Shown here: in pieces, positions 1 to 13,318 of the stretch
Position numbering within the stretch: the stretch's first letter is position 1
How the letters are laid out: every line of letters starts with the position of its first letter
Assembly: GCA_039935415.1 (NCBI GenBank)
Contig: JBDTKH010000032.1
Span: forward strand, 44,830-108,829
Origin: Candidatus Dormiibacterota bacterium
GTDB taxonomy: Bacteria > Chloroflexota > Dormibacteria > Dormibacterales > Dormibacteraceae
Direction: 5' to 3'
Length of the DNA: 64,000 bases
Made by a program: the position numbers and the translations under genes
The notes under the pieces: generated by a model
What the model saw: the letters and a program-made list of their open reading frames with translations, nothing else
Database searches by the model: none
Told to the model about the DNA's origin: nothing

Positions 1-1664
<1,664 letters not shown>

Positions 1665-1708
1665 TAGCTAACTCGCCCGCTAACCGCGCAAGGCACATCC
1701 GGTGAAAG

Positions 1709-1749
1709 CCACCCTCCCCGCTTGACGGGGAGGGTGGCGCGAACGCGCC
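1709..1749 (-). promoter_or_regulatory. Intercistronic stem-loops between atpA stop and atpG start
   Basis: Perfect 12-bp inverted repeat ccaccctccccg/cggggagggtgg (1709-1720 / 1726-1737) followed by a GGCGCG..CGCGCC palindrome. No U-tract. Lies inside the atp operon. Confidence 0.4.
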
Positions 1750-1761
1750 GGGTGGGGAAGC

Positions 1762-3366
<1,605 letters not shown>

Positions 3367-3381
3367 TTTCTTCGCTAGCTC

Positions 3382-3912
3382 CTAGGTGGCCGCCAGGCGG
3401 CGGCGCAGCTGCTCCAATCGGGCGGCGACACTTGCATCAACCAGGCGGTCTCCGTACTGAAGCTTCAGCCCGCCGAGGATGCGCGGATCGACTACTACAT
3501 CAAGCCGCACTTCCTTGCCCAGGCGGCTCGAGATGTCTTCGGCGACCTGGTGCCGGTCGCTCGTCGAGAGCTCGACCGCGGTCGTCACGGTGGCCCTGAC
3601 GCGACCTACGGCCTCATCGGCCAGGCGCTCGAACTCGTCCTGGATCTCCGCCACGTCTCGGACTCGATTCGATTCGATCAGGAGCATGGCGAAGTTGGTG
3701 GCCTCATCGTCGAAGAGGTGCGGCGCGCCCGACACCAGCGCCATGCGTTGGTCGATCGCGATCGTCGGGTTGGTCAACACCGCGGCCACCTCTGCGTCTG
3801 AGAGCAGCTCGCGAACCTTCTCGAGACGGCGTCCCCAGTCCGCGACCTGGCCCTGCTCCGTGGCCAGCTCGAACACGGCCCGCGCGTACCGCCTAGCGGC
3901 TGCCGTCGCCAC
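3382..3912 (-). CDS. atpH: F1 ATP synthase delta (OSCP) subunit
   Basis: 176 aa, RYARAVFELA N-terminus typical of delta. Position between atpF and atpA. Confidence 0.9.
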   Translation of the reverse strand: MATAAARRYARAVFELATEQGQVADWGRRLEKVRELLSDAEVAAVLTNPTIAIDQRMALVSGAPHLFDDEATNFAMLLIESNRVRDVAEIQDEFERLADEAVGRVRATVTTAVELSTSDRHQVAEDISSRLGKEVRLDVVVDPRILGGLKLQYGDRLVDASVAARLEQLRRRLAAT

Positions 3913-4414
3913 TGGCCACCTCCTCGATCGCGCGCTCGATCAGCCTGCGGTGCCTCGCATCGTCAAGCGACTCTCCTATGACTTTCTCGGTTGCCGCAAC
4001 GACCATGCCCGCGACCTCGCTGCGGACTGAGTGGATCGCCTGGTCGCGCTGCGCCTCGATCTCCTTGCGCGCCGCTTCCACGGTTCGTTTCGACTCTTCC
4101 TCGGCTTTCTGTCGCAGCTCCTGTCGCAGCAGCTCCCCCGACTTCGTCGCTGCCTCGATCACGCCCTGCGCGGTCTTACGCGCGTCGTTGAGCTTCGTCT
4201 CGGCTTCCTCGAGCCGCTCTTCGGCCTCCGCGCGCGCCTTCTCCGCCTCCCTCAACTCCTCGGCGATCGCGCGCTGGCGCGCCTCGGCGACCTTGACGAT
4301 CGGCGGGTACACGTAGCGCGCGAGGATGGCAAGCATCACCAGGAACGTGATCGTCTCGACGACCACGGTGCCGTCGATCTGGATGACGCCCGCCACGCCG
4401 GCCAGGTAGTGCAT
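3893..4414 (-). CDS. atpF: F0 ATP synthase subunit b
   Basis: 173 aa. One N-terminal TM helix, then a long charged coiled-coil (EAEERLEEAETKLNDARK..). Operon position fits. Confidence 0.9.
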   Translation of the reverse strand: MHYLAGVAGVIQIDGTVVVETITFLVMLAILARYVYPPIVKVAEARQRAIAEELREAEKARAEAEERLEEAETKLNDARKTAQGVIEAATKSGELLRQELRQKAEEESKRTVEAARKEIEAQRDQAIHSVRSEVAGMVVAATEKVIGESLDDARHRRLIERAIEEVASGDGSR

Positions 4415-4420
4415 CGCTGC

Positions 4421-4672
4421 CTACTTCGCCGGGACGTTGGCGAGGAACACAAATCCGAAGGCCAGGTTGATGAAGTACATCGCCTCGACGAGTCCCACGA
4501 TGGTGAAGAGCCAGGGGATCATCCTTCCCTGCGCCTCGGGTTGGCGCGCGACACCGCTGATGAAGGCGTTGCCGGCCAACCCGTCGCCGACCGCCGCGCC
4601 GATGGCGCCCAGCCCGATGGCAAGGCCGAATGCCACCAGCGCGCCAGCGAGAACAAGTCCGTGATCTGTCAT
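4421..4672 (-). CDS. atpE: F0 ATP synthase subunit c
   Basis: 83 aa two-helix proteolipid with RQPE loop and GLVEA carboxylate motif. Confidence 0.95.
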   Translation of the reverse strand: MTDHGLVLAGALVAFGLAIGLGAIGAAVGDGLAGNAFISGVARQPEAQGRMIPWLFTIVGLVEAMYFINLAFGFVFLANVPAK

Positions 4673-4681
4673 GTCTTCCTC

Positions 4682-5488
4682 CTAGTGATGTTCATGTTCG
4701 AGACCCTCGCGGGCCGCGCCGAAATAGATGACCGTGAGCAGCATGAAGATGAACGCCTGGATGAACCCGATGAAGATGACGTCGAACGACTTCCAGAGAA
4801 ACAGCAACAACGCGGCGATCACGGTACTTGGAACTGTTCCAAGAGCCGGCAGGTCGATGAACCCGATCTTCGGAAGTACCAGGGTGCCCAGGCTGGCGAT
4901 CAGGCCGATCATCACGGCGCCGGCGAAGATGTTCCCGAAGAGCCGGAGCGCCAGGGTCGCCGGCTTGACGACCTCCTCGAGGATGTTGAACGGTGTGAAG
5001 ACCGCGCGGCCCCAAACAGGCAGCTCGAACGGTTTGGTGAACCGGCGCAGATATCCGCGCCAGCCCAGCACCCGCACGCTGTACCACTGCACGACGCCGA
5101 TCACGACCAGGGCCATCGCAAGCGTCTGGTTGAGGTCGGCGTTGGCCCCATGAAGAACCGGGAAGATGGCAAGCGGGAAGACCTCGATCCAGTTCGCGAC
5201 AAGGATGTAGAGGAAGAGCGTCAGCGCGAGCGGGACCACGAACAATGCGTCGTCCGAGACGTTGGTCTTGATCAGCGAGCGCAACTGGTCATAGCCCCAT
5301 TCGAACACCGCCTGCACCTTGCTCGGCTCGCCCTCCTTGAGCTTGGAGCGAATCCAGAAGGCGCCGGCGAGGGTCACCACGATGGCAAGGGCGGTTGAGA
5401 TGAGGCTGTCGTAGTTGAAGATGCAGAGGGGACCGCAACCCAGGTCGATCGTGGGGTGCGTGCCGATGCTGGTGTCGGCGCGGATCAC
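4682..5488 (-). CDS. atpB: F0 ATP synthase subunit a
   Basis: LALRLFGNIFAG motif with the essential Arg. Start set to GTG 5488..5486, which forms a GTGA overlap with the atpI stop. The track ORF extends to 5563. Confidence 0.9.
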   Translation of the reverse strand: MIRADTSIGTHPTIDLGCGPLCIFNYDSLISTALAIVVTLAGAFWIRSKLKEGEPSKVQAVFEWGYDQLRSLIKTNVSDDALFVVPLALTLFLYILVANWIEVFPLAIFPVLHGANADLNQTLAMALVVIGVVQWYSVRVLGWRGYLRRFTKPFELPVWGRAVFTPFNILEEVVKPATLALRLFGNIFAGAVMIGLIASLGTLVLPKIGFIDLPALGTVPSTVIAALLLFLWKSFDVIFIGFIQAFIFMLLTVIYFGAAREGLEHEHH

Positions 5489-5823
5489 GCCCGCAAGCCC
5501 TGTCGCACGCCGGCTGCCACCATGACCAGCTGCGCGACCCCGATCCCCAGCGGGATCGTCCACGCTGCGCTGCGAAGCACGAGCGCCGCAACCACCACGA
5601 TCGAGCTGAACATGACGAGCCGCAGCAGGCTGCCGGCGACGAACGGCGCGCCGCGGCTGAGCAGCGCCTGGATCAGGTATCCGTTGAGGGAACCGAGGAG
5701 CAATCCCGCCGCGATACCGATTCCGAGAGACAGGTGACCGGATAGCGCAGCCCCTGCCGCGATGGCCGCAGCCAGCACAGCCGATGCTGTCACCGTCACT
5801 TTGAGCACGCCGCCGGACCTCAT
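5485..5823 (-). CDS. atpI: ATP synthase protein I-like small membrane protein
   Basis: 112 aa, four hydrophobic segments, immediately upstream of atpB. ATGA overlap with the upstream ORF. Confidence 0.7.
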   Translation of the reverse strand: MRSGGVLKVTVTASAVLAAAIAAGAALSGHLSLGIGIAAGLLLGSLNGYLIQALLSRGAPFVAGSLLRLVMFSSIVVVAALVLRSAAWTIPLGIGVAQLVMVAAGVRQGLRA

Positions 5824-6032
5824 TTCGAGAGCTCCCTCACCTTCAACCAGATGCCGGCGGCGCCGGCCACAAGACCCACGAACAGTCCGACGAGGACGAA
5901 CACAGGCGCCGTGTGCAGCGCCTTGTCTAGCGCTACGCCTCCGAGCAGCGGTATGAGCACCGCGGCCGCCAGGTAGATCCCGATTCCGGCCATGTCTGCC
6001 CCTGTGGGGCTTGCGCTCGGGGTGGGCGCCAT
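5820..6032 (-). CDS. AtpZ/AtpI-family small membrane protein (putative F0F1 accessory subunit)
   Basis: 70 aa, two TM helices, first gene of the atp cluster. Confidence 0.6.
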   Translation of the reverse strand: MAPTPSASPTGADMAGIGIYLAAAVLIPLLGGVALDKALHTAPVFVLVGLFVGLVAGAAGIWLKVRELSK

Positions 6033-6045
6033 GCCCCTTCGAATT

Positions 6046-7155
6046 CTATCGGGAACCCTGATCCGCCAGCAGGCGCCGCAGGAAGGGCGCGGGGATTCGC
6101 CAGCCCGTGTGCAGGAGGAGATCGGCGGCGACAGTCGAAACCAGGACCGCGCAGGTGGCGATCACGACCGCCAGGATGCGGCCGTGTCCGAGCAGCGTCA
6201 GGCCGACCGCGCCCATCACGGCGCTGGCGGTGTAGAAGACGAAGCAGGTCTGCCGGGGATCCAGGCCGAACGACTGCAGCCGATGGTGAAGGTGGCCGAG
6301 GTCGGCACGCGCCACCGACGTTCCCCGGCGCCGGCGCCTCAGGATCGCCCAGGCCGTGTCGGCGATCGGCACGGCCAGTGCAAGCACCGGCACGGCGAGC
6401 GCGAAGGCCACGGCCACCTTTGCCAGGCCAAGGATCGAGATCACGCCGAGCGCGGTGCCGAGGAAATGCGCGCCCGAGTCGCCCATGAAGATCCTGGCGG
6501 GGTGCCAGTTGAACAGGAGGAAACCTGCGCACGCGCCCGCCAGCGCGCCGCCCAGCTGGACCACCGGGATCTGCCCCAACCCGCCTGCTGCGAGCATCAG
6601 GGTCACGACGACGACGAAGATGACCCCCGCCGCCAGGCCGTCCACGCCGTCCAGGAAGTTGACCGTGTTCTGCATCCCGAGCAGCCAGAACAGGCTGATC
6701 GGGACTGCGAGCAGTCCAAGGTGCACGAGGTGGCCGCCGGGCAGCCCGACGAACGTGATGGTGAAGCCAAAGCCGACAACGGCAACGACCGCCACGACGA
6801 CCTGCAGCCCCAGCTTCACGATCGGGCGGACCGTCCACCGATCGTCCGCGATGAGCAGGATCGTGGCGAGCCCCGACACGATGAGCACTCCCGCGGTCTC
6901 CTTGTAGTCAGGCAGGAAGATCAAGACCGCCGCGGCGAAACCGATGTACATCGCCAGCCCGCCGAGCAATGGGGTCGGCTTGGTGTGGGCATGACGCCCG
7001 CCCGGCTCCGCCACCAGGCCCGTCAGCCGCGAGAGCCGGATCATCAATGGCACGGCCAGGGCGCAGATCGCCGCCGCGACGAGCAGCGGCCACAGGCCGG
7101 GCAGCACGTGCTCGCGGAGGTTGAGGAGGGCGTCCCCTCCGAAGAAATCAGTCAA
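6046..7155 (-). CDS. wecA: MraY/WecA-family (GT4) polyprenyl-phosphate N-acetylhexosamine-1-phosphate transferase
   Basis: Polytopic membrane protein with [10 protein letters not shown] motif. Sits in the rfe/wecA position upstream of atp, as in actinobacteria. Start set to TTG 7155, 5 nt before the glyA stop. The track ORF extends to 7191. Confidence 0.8.
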   Translation of the reverse strand: MTDFFGGDALLNLREHVLPGLWPLLVAAAICALAVPLMIRLSRLTGLVAEPGGRHAHTKPTPLLGGLAMYIGFAAAVLIFLPDYKETAGVLIVSGLATILLIADDRWTVRPIVKLGLQVVVAVVAVVGFGFTITFVGLPGGHLVHLGLLAVPISLFWLLGMQNTVNFLDGVDGLAAGVIFVVVVTLMLAAGGLGQIPVVQLGGALAGACAGFLLFNWHPARIFMGDSGAHFLGTALGVISILGLAKVAVAFALAVPVLALAVPIADTAWAILRRRRRGTSVARADLGHLHHRLQSFGLDPRQTCFVFYTASAVMGAVGLTLLGHGRILAVVIATCAVLVSTVAADLLLHTGWRIPAPFLRRLLADQGSR

Positions 7156-8401
7156 ACGAATAAGGGATGGGGAACTTCCTGCACAGCTCAAGCGCCCGCT
7201 CGTGGATCGAGTCGAGGACGGCCCGGTCGTCGATACGCTCGACCAGGTCGGCGATGCAGTCGGCGATCACCACCATCTCGGCTTCGCGCATGCCGCGCGT
7301 GGTGACCAGCGGAGTGCCGACGCGCACGCCGCTTGGGTTGAACTTAGAGGCCTCGTCGAACGGGATCGAGTTGCGGTTGAGCGTGATGCCGACGGTGTCG
7401 GCCACGTCCTGGACCTGCTTCCCGCTCCGCTTCTGCGCGCGGAGGTCGATCAGCATCAGGTGGTTGTCCGTGCCGCCGCTTACCAGCCGCAGCCCGCGCT
7501 CCATCAAGCGGTTCGCGAGCGCTTTCGCGTTGACCACGACCTGCTTCGCATACACCTTGAAGTCAGGCTTCAATGCCTCGCCGAAGCAAACCGCCTTGGC
7601 GGCGATCGCATGCATCAGCGGCCCGCCCTGGATGCCGGGGAAGACCGCCGAGTCGATGGCTTTCTGCCAGTCGTTGCGGCACAGGATGATCGCGCCCCAC
7701 GCGCCGCGCAGCGTCTTCTGCGTCGTGGTTGTGGTGATGTCCGCGAACGGGACCGGTGACGGGTACTGGCCACCGGCGACAAGGCCTGCGACGTGCGCCA
7801 TGTCAACGAAGAAAGTCGCGCCCACCGAGTCGGCGATCTCGCGCATGCGGGCCCAGTCCACGATCCGCGAGTAGGCGGAGAACCCGCCGATGATCATCTT
7901 GGGCCGCACCTCCTGCGCGAGCTTCTCCATCGCGTCGTAGTCAATGAGCTCGGTCTCGCGGTTCACGCCGTACGAGTGGATCTCGTAGAGCTTCCCACTG
8001 AAGTTCGCCGGGCTGCCGTGGGTGAGGTGACCCCCGGCCGACAGGTCCATGCCCATGACCCGATCGCCGGGCTGGCACACGGCCATGTACACGGCCGCAT
8101 TGGCCTGCGAGCCGGCGTGCGGCTGCACGTTGACGTAGTCCGCGCCGAACAGCTCCTTGGCGCGCTCGACGGCGAGGGTCTCGATCTTGTCGATCACTTC
8201 TCCAGTGCCGCCGTAGTAGCGCCGTCCGGGGTAGCCCTCGGCGTACTTGTTGGTCAGGAGCGTGCCGAGCGCCTCGAGGATGGCCGGGCTCGTCAGGTTC
8301 TCGGACGCGATCAGCTCCAGCGTCTCGGACTGCCGCCGGTACTCCTTGCGGATGAGATCGGCGATCTCCGGGTCCGTCTGGTCGAGCGCCCGGAAGGACA
8401 T
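7148..8401 (-). CDS. glyA: Serine hydroxymethyltransferase
   Basis: [13 protein letters not shown]-lysine motif and [13 protein letters not shown]. Start set to ATG 8401 ([13 protein letters not shown]). Confidence 0.95.
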   Translation of the reverse strand: MSFRALDQTDPEIADLIRKEYRRQSETLELIASENLTSPAILEALGTLLTNKYAEGYPGRRYYGGTGEVIDKIETLAVERAKELFGADYVNVQPHAGSQANAAVYMAVCQPGDRVMGMDLSAGGHLTHGSPANFSGKLYEIHSYGVNRETELIDYDAMEKLAQEVRPKMIIGGFSAYSRIVDWARMREIADSVGATFFVDMAHVAGLVAGGQYPSPVPFADITTTTTQKTLRGAWGAIILCRNDWQKAIDSAVFPGIQGGPLMHAIAAKAVCFGEALKPDFKVYAKQVVVNAKALANRLMERGLRLVSGGTDNHLMLIDLRAQKRSGKQVQDVADTVGITLNRNSIPFDEASKFNPSGVRVGTPLVTTRGMREAEMVVIADCIADLVERIDDRAVLDSIHERALELCRKFPIPYSFD

Positions 8402-8431
8402 CGTCGTGATTGGAGCTGCCACGGGCAGATG

Positions 8432-9013
8432 CTAGCCCGATCTCAGAGATGGCGGTCCCAGCAGCTCCGGCGTCGTGATCGCGCCCTCGCGCAGCACGTG
8501 GGGCTCGGGGCCGGTGAGGTCGAGCACTGTCGAGGCCAGGCCGCCCGGCGCTTTGCCCCCGTCCAGCACCGCGACAACCCCCGGTATATCGGCCTCCTCG
8601 GCAGTCATCGCCGGCTCGCGACCGTGCAGGTTGGCGCTGGTGGTCATCAGCGGACCCGCCGCTCGCAGCAGCTCAAGCGCGACCTCGTGCTTAGGGATGC
8701 GAACCCCAAGGGTCCCGCCTCCCCTTGCATGGAGAATCAAAGTCAACGGGCCAGGCCACCATCGCTTGATCAACGCCTCCGACCGCGGGTCGACGTGCAC
8801 CCAGCCCTCGAGCTGCGATTCCGCCGCCACCATCAGGATGAGCGGCAGCCCGACCGGCCTGCCCTTGATGTGGTAGACCCGCTTGGTCGCCAGCTCGTCG
8901 TCAGCGGCCGCGCCCAGGCCGTAAACCGTGTCGGTCGGAAAGGCGATCACCCCTCCGCTCCGGATCAGCTTGGCGGCGCGGGTGAGCCCGGCGCGCGTTG
9001 GTTTCAGGACCAT
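8432..9013 (-). CDS. tsaC: L-threonylcarbamoyladenylate synthase (TsaC/YrdC/Sua5 family)
   Basis: 193 aa, FPTDTVYGLG motif. Sits in the conserved position after prmC. Confidence 0.85.
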   Translation of the reverse strand: MVLKPTRAGLTRAAKLIRSGGVIAFPTDTVYGLGAAADDELATKRVYHIKGRPVGLPLILMVAAESQLEGWVHVDPRSEALIKRWWPGPLTLILHARGGGTLGVRIPKHEVALELLRAAGPLMTTSANLHGREPAMTAEEADIPGVVAVLDGGKAPGGLASTVLDLTGPEPHVLREGAITTPELLGPPSLRSG

Positions 9014-9834
9014 GCTTCGAGAACACGTTCACGTCCGGCCATGTCGCGGTGAACTCGGTGGCCGGCAAAGCCAACGTTCGCAGCCTCCACGGCAGTCGAG
9101 ACGATCAAAGGATCGAGCTCCGCCAGGACCCTGCCCCCCGGGTTCAAGCGGGCGGGGGCTTCGAGCAGCAGACGCGTCACGAGCGCCGCCCCAGACTCTT
9201 CGGCGTAGAGCGCACGCGCGGGCTGCGCCACGACCTCGGGCGCCAGCCGCGCAGTTGCGGCGACGTAAGGCAGGTTGGCGCAAACTAGGTCGAACGAGCC
9301 CTGGAACGGCTGCAGCAGGTCGCCGCACACGAGCTCGATTCGACCGGCCAGGCCGTGCCCGCTGACGTTGCGCCCTGCGACCTCGAGCACTTCAGGAGCG
9401 ACGTCGGACGCAACGACGTGGACGTTCGGCACGTAGTGCGCGATCGCGATGGCGATGCACCCACTTCCGGTTCCGACATCGGCCACGCGAACTGGTCGAT
9501 CCGCGGCGCGCGCGAAGGCGATCGCCTCCCGGACGAGAACCTCGGTGTCCGGGTTCGGGATGAGCACCGCCGGCGTGACCAGGAAGTCGAGCCCCATGAA
9601 CTCCTTGTGCCCGACCAGGTATGCGACCGGCTCGCCCTTCGCCCGCCGCGCCACCAGGCCGCGGTACGCGGTGAGCTCCGGCTCGGTGAGCGAGCGGTCG
9701 AACTTCAGGTAAAGGTCCAGGCGCCTCAACCCGAGCGAGTGGGCGAGCAGCAGCTCCGCGTCCAGGCGCGGCGAATCCGAACCGTGCTTTTCACAGTGCT
9801 CTGAGGCGAGCTTCAAGACTTCAACGATGGTCAC
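9004..9834 (-). CDS. prmC: Release-factor glutamine N5-methyltransferase
   Basis: SAM motif DVGTGSGCIA. Catalytic motif is NLPY, a variant of NPPY. GTGA overlap with the prfA stop. Confidence 0.9.
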   Translation of the reverse strand: MTIVEVLKLASEHCEKHGSDSPRLDAELLLAHSLGLRRLDLYLKFDRSLTEPELTAYRGLVARRAKGEPVAYLVGHKEFMGLDFLVTPAVLIPNPDTEVLVREAIAFARAADRPVRVADVGTGSGCIAIAIAHYVPNVHVVASDVAPEVLEVAGRNVSGHGLAGRIELVCGDLLQPFQGSFDLVCANLPYVAATARLAPEVVAQPARALYAEESGAALVTRLLLEAPARLNPGGRVLAELDPLIVSTAVEAANVGFAGHRVHRDMAGRERVLEAWS

Positions 9835-10928
9835 TCGGGACCGCCGTTGAGCTGCGCGGCGCGGTCGGCGTTGTTGAGGGCCGAGACGAGCTCGTCGAGG
9901 TCGCCGCCGATCACCTGGTCCAGCTTGTGAAGCGTGAGCTTGATCCTGTGGTCGGTGACGCGGTTCTCTTTGAAGTTGTAGGTGCGGATCTTTTCGGAGC
10001 GGTTGCCGCTGCCGATCATTCCGCGCCTCTGAGCTCCGATCTTCGCCTGCTGCTCGGCCAGCTTCATCTCATAAAGCCGGGCACGCAAGACGCGGAGCGC
10101 CTTCTCCTTATTCTGCAGCTGCGACTTCTCGTCCTGGATGCTGACCTGAATCCCGGTCGGCTTGTGTGTGATGCGAATTGCCGAATAGGTGGTGTTGACG
10201 CTCTGGCCGCCCGGCCCCTGCGATGTCGACGTCTTGATCTCGTAGTCCTCCGGCTTCAGCTCCACCTCGACGGGGTCGGCTTCGGGCATCACGGCAACGG
10301 TGGCTGCGGATGTGTGGATGCGGCCCTGCGCCTCGGTCTTCGGCACCCGCTGAACGCGATGCACACCGCCTTCGTACTTCAGCTGCGAGTACGCGCCGTG
10401 TCCGTGGACCTCGAACTCGACCTTGTCGAATCCGCCCTTCTCTGTGGGCGAGGCGTCGACCACTTCTACCTTCCAGCCCTTGCGCTCGGCCCACTTGGTG
10501 TACATGCGGAACAGGTCGGCGGCAAACAGCGCGGCCTCCTCCCCACCTTCGGCGCCCTGGATCTCGACCACCACGTCGCGATCGTCGTTCGGGTCCTTGG
10601 GTAGCAGCAGGACCTTCAGCTTCTCGTCGAGCTCAGCCACAAGCGCCGCGGCGCGATGCTCTTCGGCGCGCAGGTACTCCAGCATTTCATTGTCTGCGCC
10701 CTGCGCGCGCCCGGCTGGATCCTTCTCGTGCTTCTGCATCTCACGCGCCGACTCGAACTCGTCCTGAGCGCGGCGGTACGCCTGGTAGGTCTGCACGGTC
10801 TCGCGCAAAGCGTGTTGCTCGCGCGCGAGCCTGGTCAGCTGCTCGTGATCAGAAGCAACCTCCGGGCGCGCCATCTCCGACTCGATCTCTCTATAGCGAC
10901 GGGCTATCCCGTCGAGCCGGTCGATCAA
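9831..10928 (-). CDS. prfA: Peptide chain release factor 1
   Basis: GGQ motif (SQGPGGQSVN). RF1-type tripeptide region VQRVPKTEAQGRIHTS. Confidence 0.95.
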   Translation of the reverse strand: MIDRLDGIARRYREIESEMARPEVASDHEQLTRLAREQHALRETVQTYQAYRRAQDEFESAREMQKHEKDPAGRAQGADNEMLEYLRAEEHRAAALVAELDEKLKVLLLPKDPNDDRDVVVEIQGAEGGEEAALFAADLFRMYTKWAERKGWKVEVVDASPTEKGGFDKVEFEVHGHGAYSQLKYEGGVHRVQRVPKTEAQGRIHTSAATVAVMPEADPVEVELKPEDYEIKTSTSQGPGGQSVNTTYSAIRITHKPTGIQVSIQDEKSQLQNKEKALRVLRARLYEMKLAEQQAKIGAQRRGMIGSGNRSEKIRTYNFKENRVTDHRIKLTLHKLDQVIGGDLDELVSALNNADRAAQLNGGPE

Positions 10929-10952
10929 CTTCTCGTCCCCGCGTTGCCCTTC

Positions 10953-12152
10953 TTAGCCGGGCAACCGCACCGAAACAGCGTCGGCAGCATCGGTACGGAT
11001 TTCCGGGGGGCTTCCCACAAGGGGGGCCTGCCCCACTTGTGCCGCGGCCCGCCCCCCTGGTGCCCCTTCCTCTTCGCCTTCGCGAGCGCTGTTGAATGCG
11101 GTGATCGCGACCTCGAGCATGTCGTCGGACGGCTCGCGAGTGGTGAACTTCTGCGTCCCGAGGACTGGCAGCAGCAGGACTTTGATCACCGGGTTCGCAC
11201 GGTGCCGTGCCATGAAGCGGATGCTCTCGAAGCCCGCCCCCGCGATGATCGGGATCGCCAGCACGCGGCTTGCGATCAGCCAGAACCAGTTGGGATGGAA
11301 GATCGCGACGATGCTGAAGACGACGACGCTGACGACAAGCACCACGAGGAGGAACCCGGTGCCGCAGCGCGGGTGCAGCGTGCTCGCCCGCCGCACCGAC
11401 CGGACGTCAAGCTGCCATCCCGACTCGAAGGCGTTGATCGTCTTGTGCTCGGCGCCGTGGTACATGAATACGCGCCGGACGTCGGGCAGCATCGCGATCG
11501 CCGCCAGGTAGCCGAGGACCAGGACGACCCGGATCACGCCTTCGACCAGCACGAAGAGAAAGCTGCCGCTGCGATGAACAGTGACGCCGGCGAGCAGCAG
11601 CGGAAGGCCGATGAAGACGGCGAGCGCGAAGACCCCGGCTACTGCGACCGAGCCGGTGATCTCCCTCTTGCCGATCACGATGTCCTTGCCGCCCGCATTC
11701 ATGTTGGCCGACCAGATGAGCGACTTCATTCCGAGGTGCAGCTGCTCGCCGATCAGCGCCAGCCCCCGTATGAAAGGAAGCTTCCAGATCGGGTTGACGT
11801 AGATCGACGCCTTGAGCTCGCCCCGGTCGACGACGATCTCCTTCGTATCGGGCAGGCGCACGGCAACCGCGTAGTGACGCTTGCCGCGCATCATCACGCC
11901 CTCGATGACGGCCTGACCGCCATAAAAGAAGACATCACCTCCCCGCTTGCCGGGCGGAGGGGTGCGCTGAGAGCTGGTTATGCCAGGCTCGGCGCTCCTA
12001 GGGGGGCCCTCCCCCCTCAAGAGGTCGGCCTCACTTCCCCGCTCGCGGGGAAGGTGGCCCGCCTCGCTTGCGAGGCCGGCCGGATGGGGACGGGCCCGGT
12101 GGGGGGACTCGGTCTCCCCTTCCGCCCCGGAGGTATCCGGGAGCGGTGCCAT
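10953..12152 (-). CDS. DUF1385-family membrane protein with low-complexity N- and C-terminal tails
   Basis: GGQAVIEGVMMRG signature followed by TM segments. The ATG at 12152 directly abuts the rpmE stop (TAGATG). About 85 N-terminal residues are low-complexity. Confidence 0.75.
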   Translation of the reverse strand: MAPLPDTSGAEGETESPHRARPHPAGLASEAGHLPRERGSEADLLRGEGPPRSAEPGITSSQRTPPPGKRGGDVFFYGGQAVIEGVMMRGKRHYAVAVRLPDTKEIVVDRGELKASIYVNPIWKLPFIRGLALIGEQLHLGMKSLIWSANMNAGGKDIVIGKREITGSVAVAGVFALAVFIGLPLLLAGVTVHRSGSFLFVLVEGVIRVVLVLGYLAAIAMLPDVRRVFMYHGAEHKTINAFESGWQLDVRSVRRASTLHPRCGTGFLLVVLVVSVVVFSIVAIFHPNWFWLIASRVLAIPIIAGAGFESIRFMARHRANPVIKVLLLPVLGTQKFTTREPSDDMLEVAITAFNSAREGEEEGAPGGRAAAQVGQAPLVGSPPEIRTDAADAVSVRLPG

Positions 12153-12362
12153 CTAGCTCCGGGTCTTAGCAGCCCGCTTGCGGAACCGCTCGACCTGGCC
12201 GCCGGTGTCCACGATCCGCTGCGTGCCCGTGAAGAACGGGTGGCAGACGGAGCAGATCTCGGTCTTGAGCTCCTTGCGAGTCGACCCGGTCGTGAACGTG
12301 TTCCCGCACGCGCAGGTGACGATCGCGTCTTCGTAGTAGGTGGGATGGATCTGTGCTTTCAA
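12153..12362 (-). CDS. rpmE: 50S ribosomal protein L31 (Cys-containing type A)
   Basis: [10 protein letters not shown].. with CxC..CxxC Zn-ribbon cysteines, 69 aa. Confidence 0.95.
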   Translation of the reverse strand: MKAQIHPTYYEDAIVTCACGNTFTTGSTRKELKTEICSVCHPFFTGTQRIVDTGGQVERFRKRAAKTRS

Positions 12363-12386
12363 GGTCTTGACTCCAAAAAACGTAGT

Positions 12387-13283
12387 TTACCGGGCGAAGG
12401 TGCTGAGCAAGCTGCTCGCCTGCAAGCTCGCGACTCCGAGATACACGACGAGGGCGAGCCAGGCGGCCCCCATCGCCCATCGGGCGCCCGCCGGCACCGA
12501 GGTGTAATAGGGGTTGCTCGCTTGCCGGAACCGCTGGATCAGCGTCGGGATTCCAAGCACCGCGATGATGATGATCAAAGGGCTGAACAAGAAGTGGAGG
12601 AACAAGCCCCCCACCGCGATGACCGCGTAGCCCGCGACCTGGAACCATTTCGACACGGGCGCGAGGATCCATGACCCGTCCAGCTGCCACACCGGGATCA
12701 GGTTGAACAGGTTGATGTAGAAGCCGATCAGTGCGGCGAGCAGCAGGACCGGCGAATGCGTGGCGCCGTACAGCGCGAACGCAGCCGTGGCGCCGATGGT
12801 GCCCGCGATCGGCCCGGCGATGCCGATCTGCGCCTGCTTGAGCGCGTCGGTCGGGTGAGATCGCTGGAAGATCGCGGCGCCCATGAACGGGATGAAGATC
12901 GGCGCGGTCGCCTTCATGCCCTGGCGTCTTATCTCCACGACGTGGCCCATCTCGTGGACGAAGATCATGGTCAGGAGAGCAACGGCGAACCACGGCCCGT
13001 AGAAGATGGCGTAGCCCCCGAAGCTGACCACGAGCGAGATCAGCGTGCCCGCCGCGGGGATCTTGAACAAAAGCAGGAGCGCGTACTTGCCGTAGGCGAG
13101 CGCCCCGGCGATGGCCGCCACGAGGCCGCCGAGCACGCCACGGTTCGCCTTGTGGGAAGGGGCCGGCGAGTAGTGATACGGCGACTGCGGAGGTATGTCC
13201 GAGGTCACCGGGTACGCCGGAGGAGGCGGCGGCGGTATGTAGTTGCCGTTCTCGGGCGGCTGCATGGGGTCCCTGTCGCTCAT
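12387..13283 (-). CDS. M50-family (site-2 protease-like) membrane metalloprotease with Pro-rich N-terminus
   Basis: HEMGHV zinc motif and NLIPVWQLDGS motif. Start set to ATG 13283 (MSDRDPMQPP). The track ORF extends to 13403. Confidence 0.8.
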   Translation of the reverse strand: MSDRDPMQPPENGNYIPPPPPPAYPVTSDIPPQSPYHYSPAPSHKANRGVLGGLVAAIAGALAYGKYALLLLFKIPAAGTLISLVVSFGGYAIFYGPWFAVALLTMIFVHEMGHVVEIRRQGMKATAPIFIPFMGAAIFQRSHPTDALKQAQIGIAGPIAGTIGATAAFALYGATHSPVLLLAALIGFYINLFNLIPVWQLDGSWILAPVSKWFQVAGYAVIAVGGLFLHFLFSPLIIIIAVLGIPTLIQRFRQASNPYYTSVPAGARWAMGAAWLALVVYLGVASLQASSLLSTFAR

Positions 13284-13318
13284 TTGCTCCTCTATTTGAT
13301 ACCCGCTGGCGGATACCG

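Noticed and set aside
4031-5398. 455-aa plus-strand ORF across atpF/atpE/atpB
   Set aside because: It is antisense to well-supported atp genes. Its composition is Arg/Asp/Glu/His-rich and low-complexity, typical of GC shadow ORFs. No recognisable motifs.
10985-12152. G-rich hairpin-like sequences at both ends of the DUF1385 ORF (for example CACAAGGGGGG-CCUG-CCCCACUUGUG at about 11028-11053), considered as REP insertions or non-coding spacers
   Set aside because: The ATG at 12152 abuts the rpmE stop and the frame stays open. They are more simply explained as low-complexity coding tails, and they show no similarity to the two repeat families reported.
10656-12674. 672-aa plus-strand ORF
   Set aside because: It is antisense to prfA, the DUF1385 gene, rpmE and the M50 protease, all of which carry clear family motifs. 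It is a shadow ORF.
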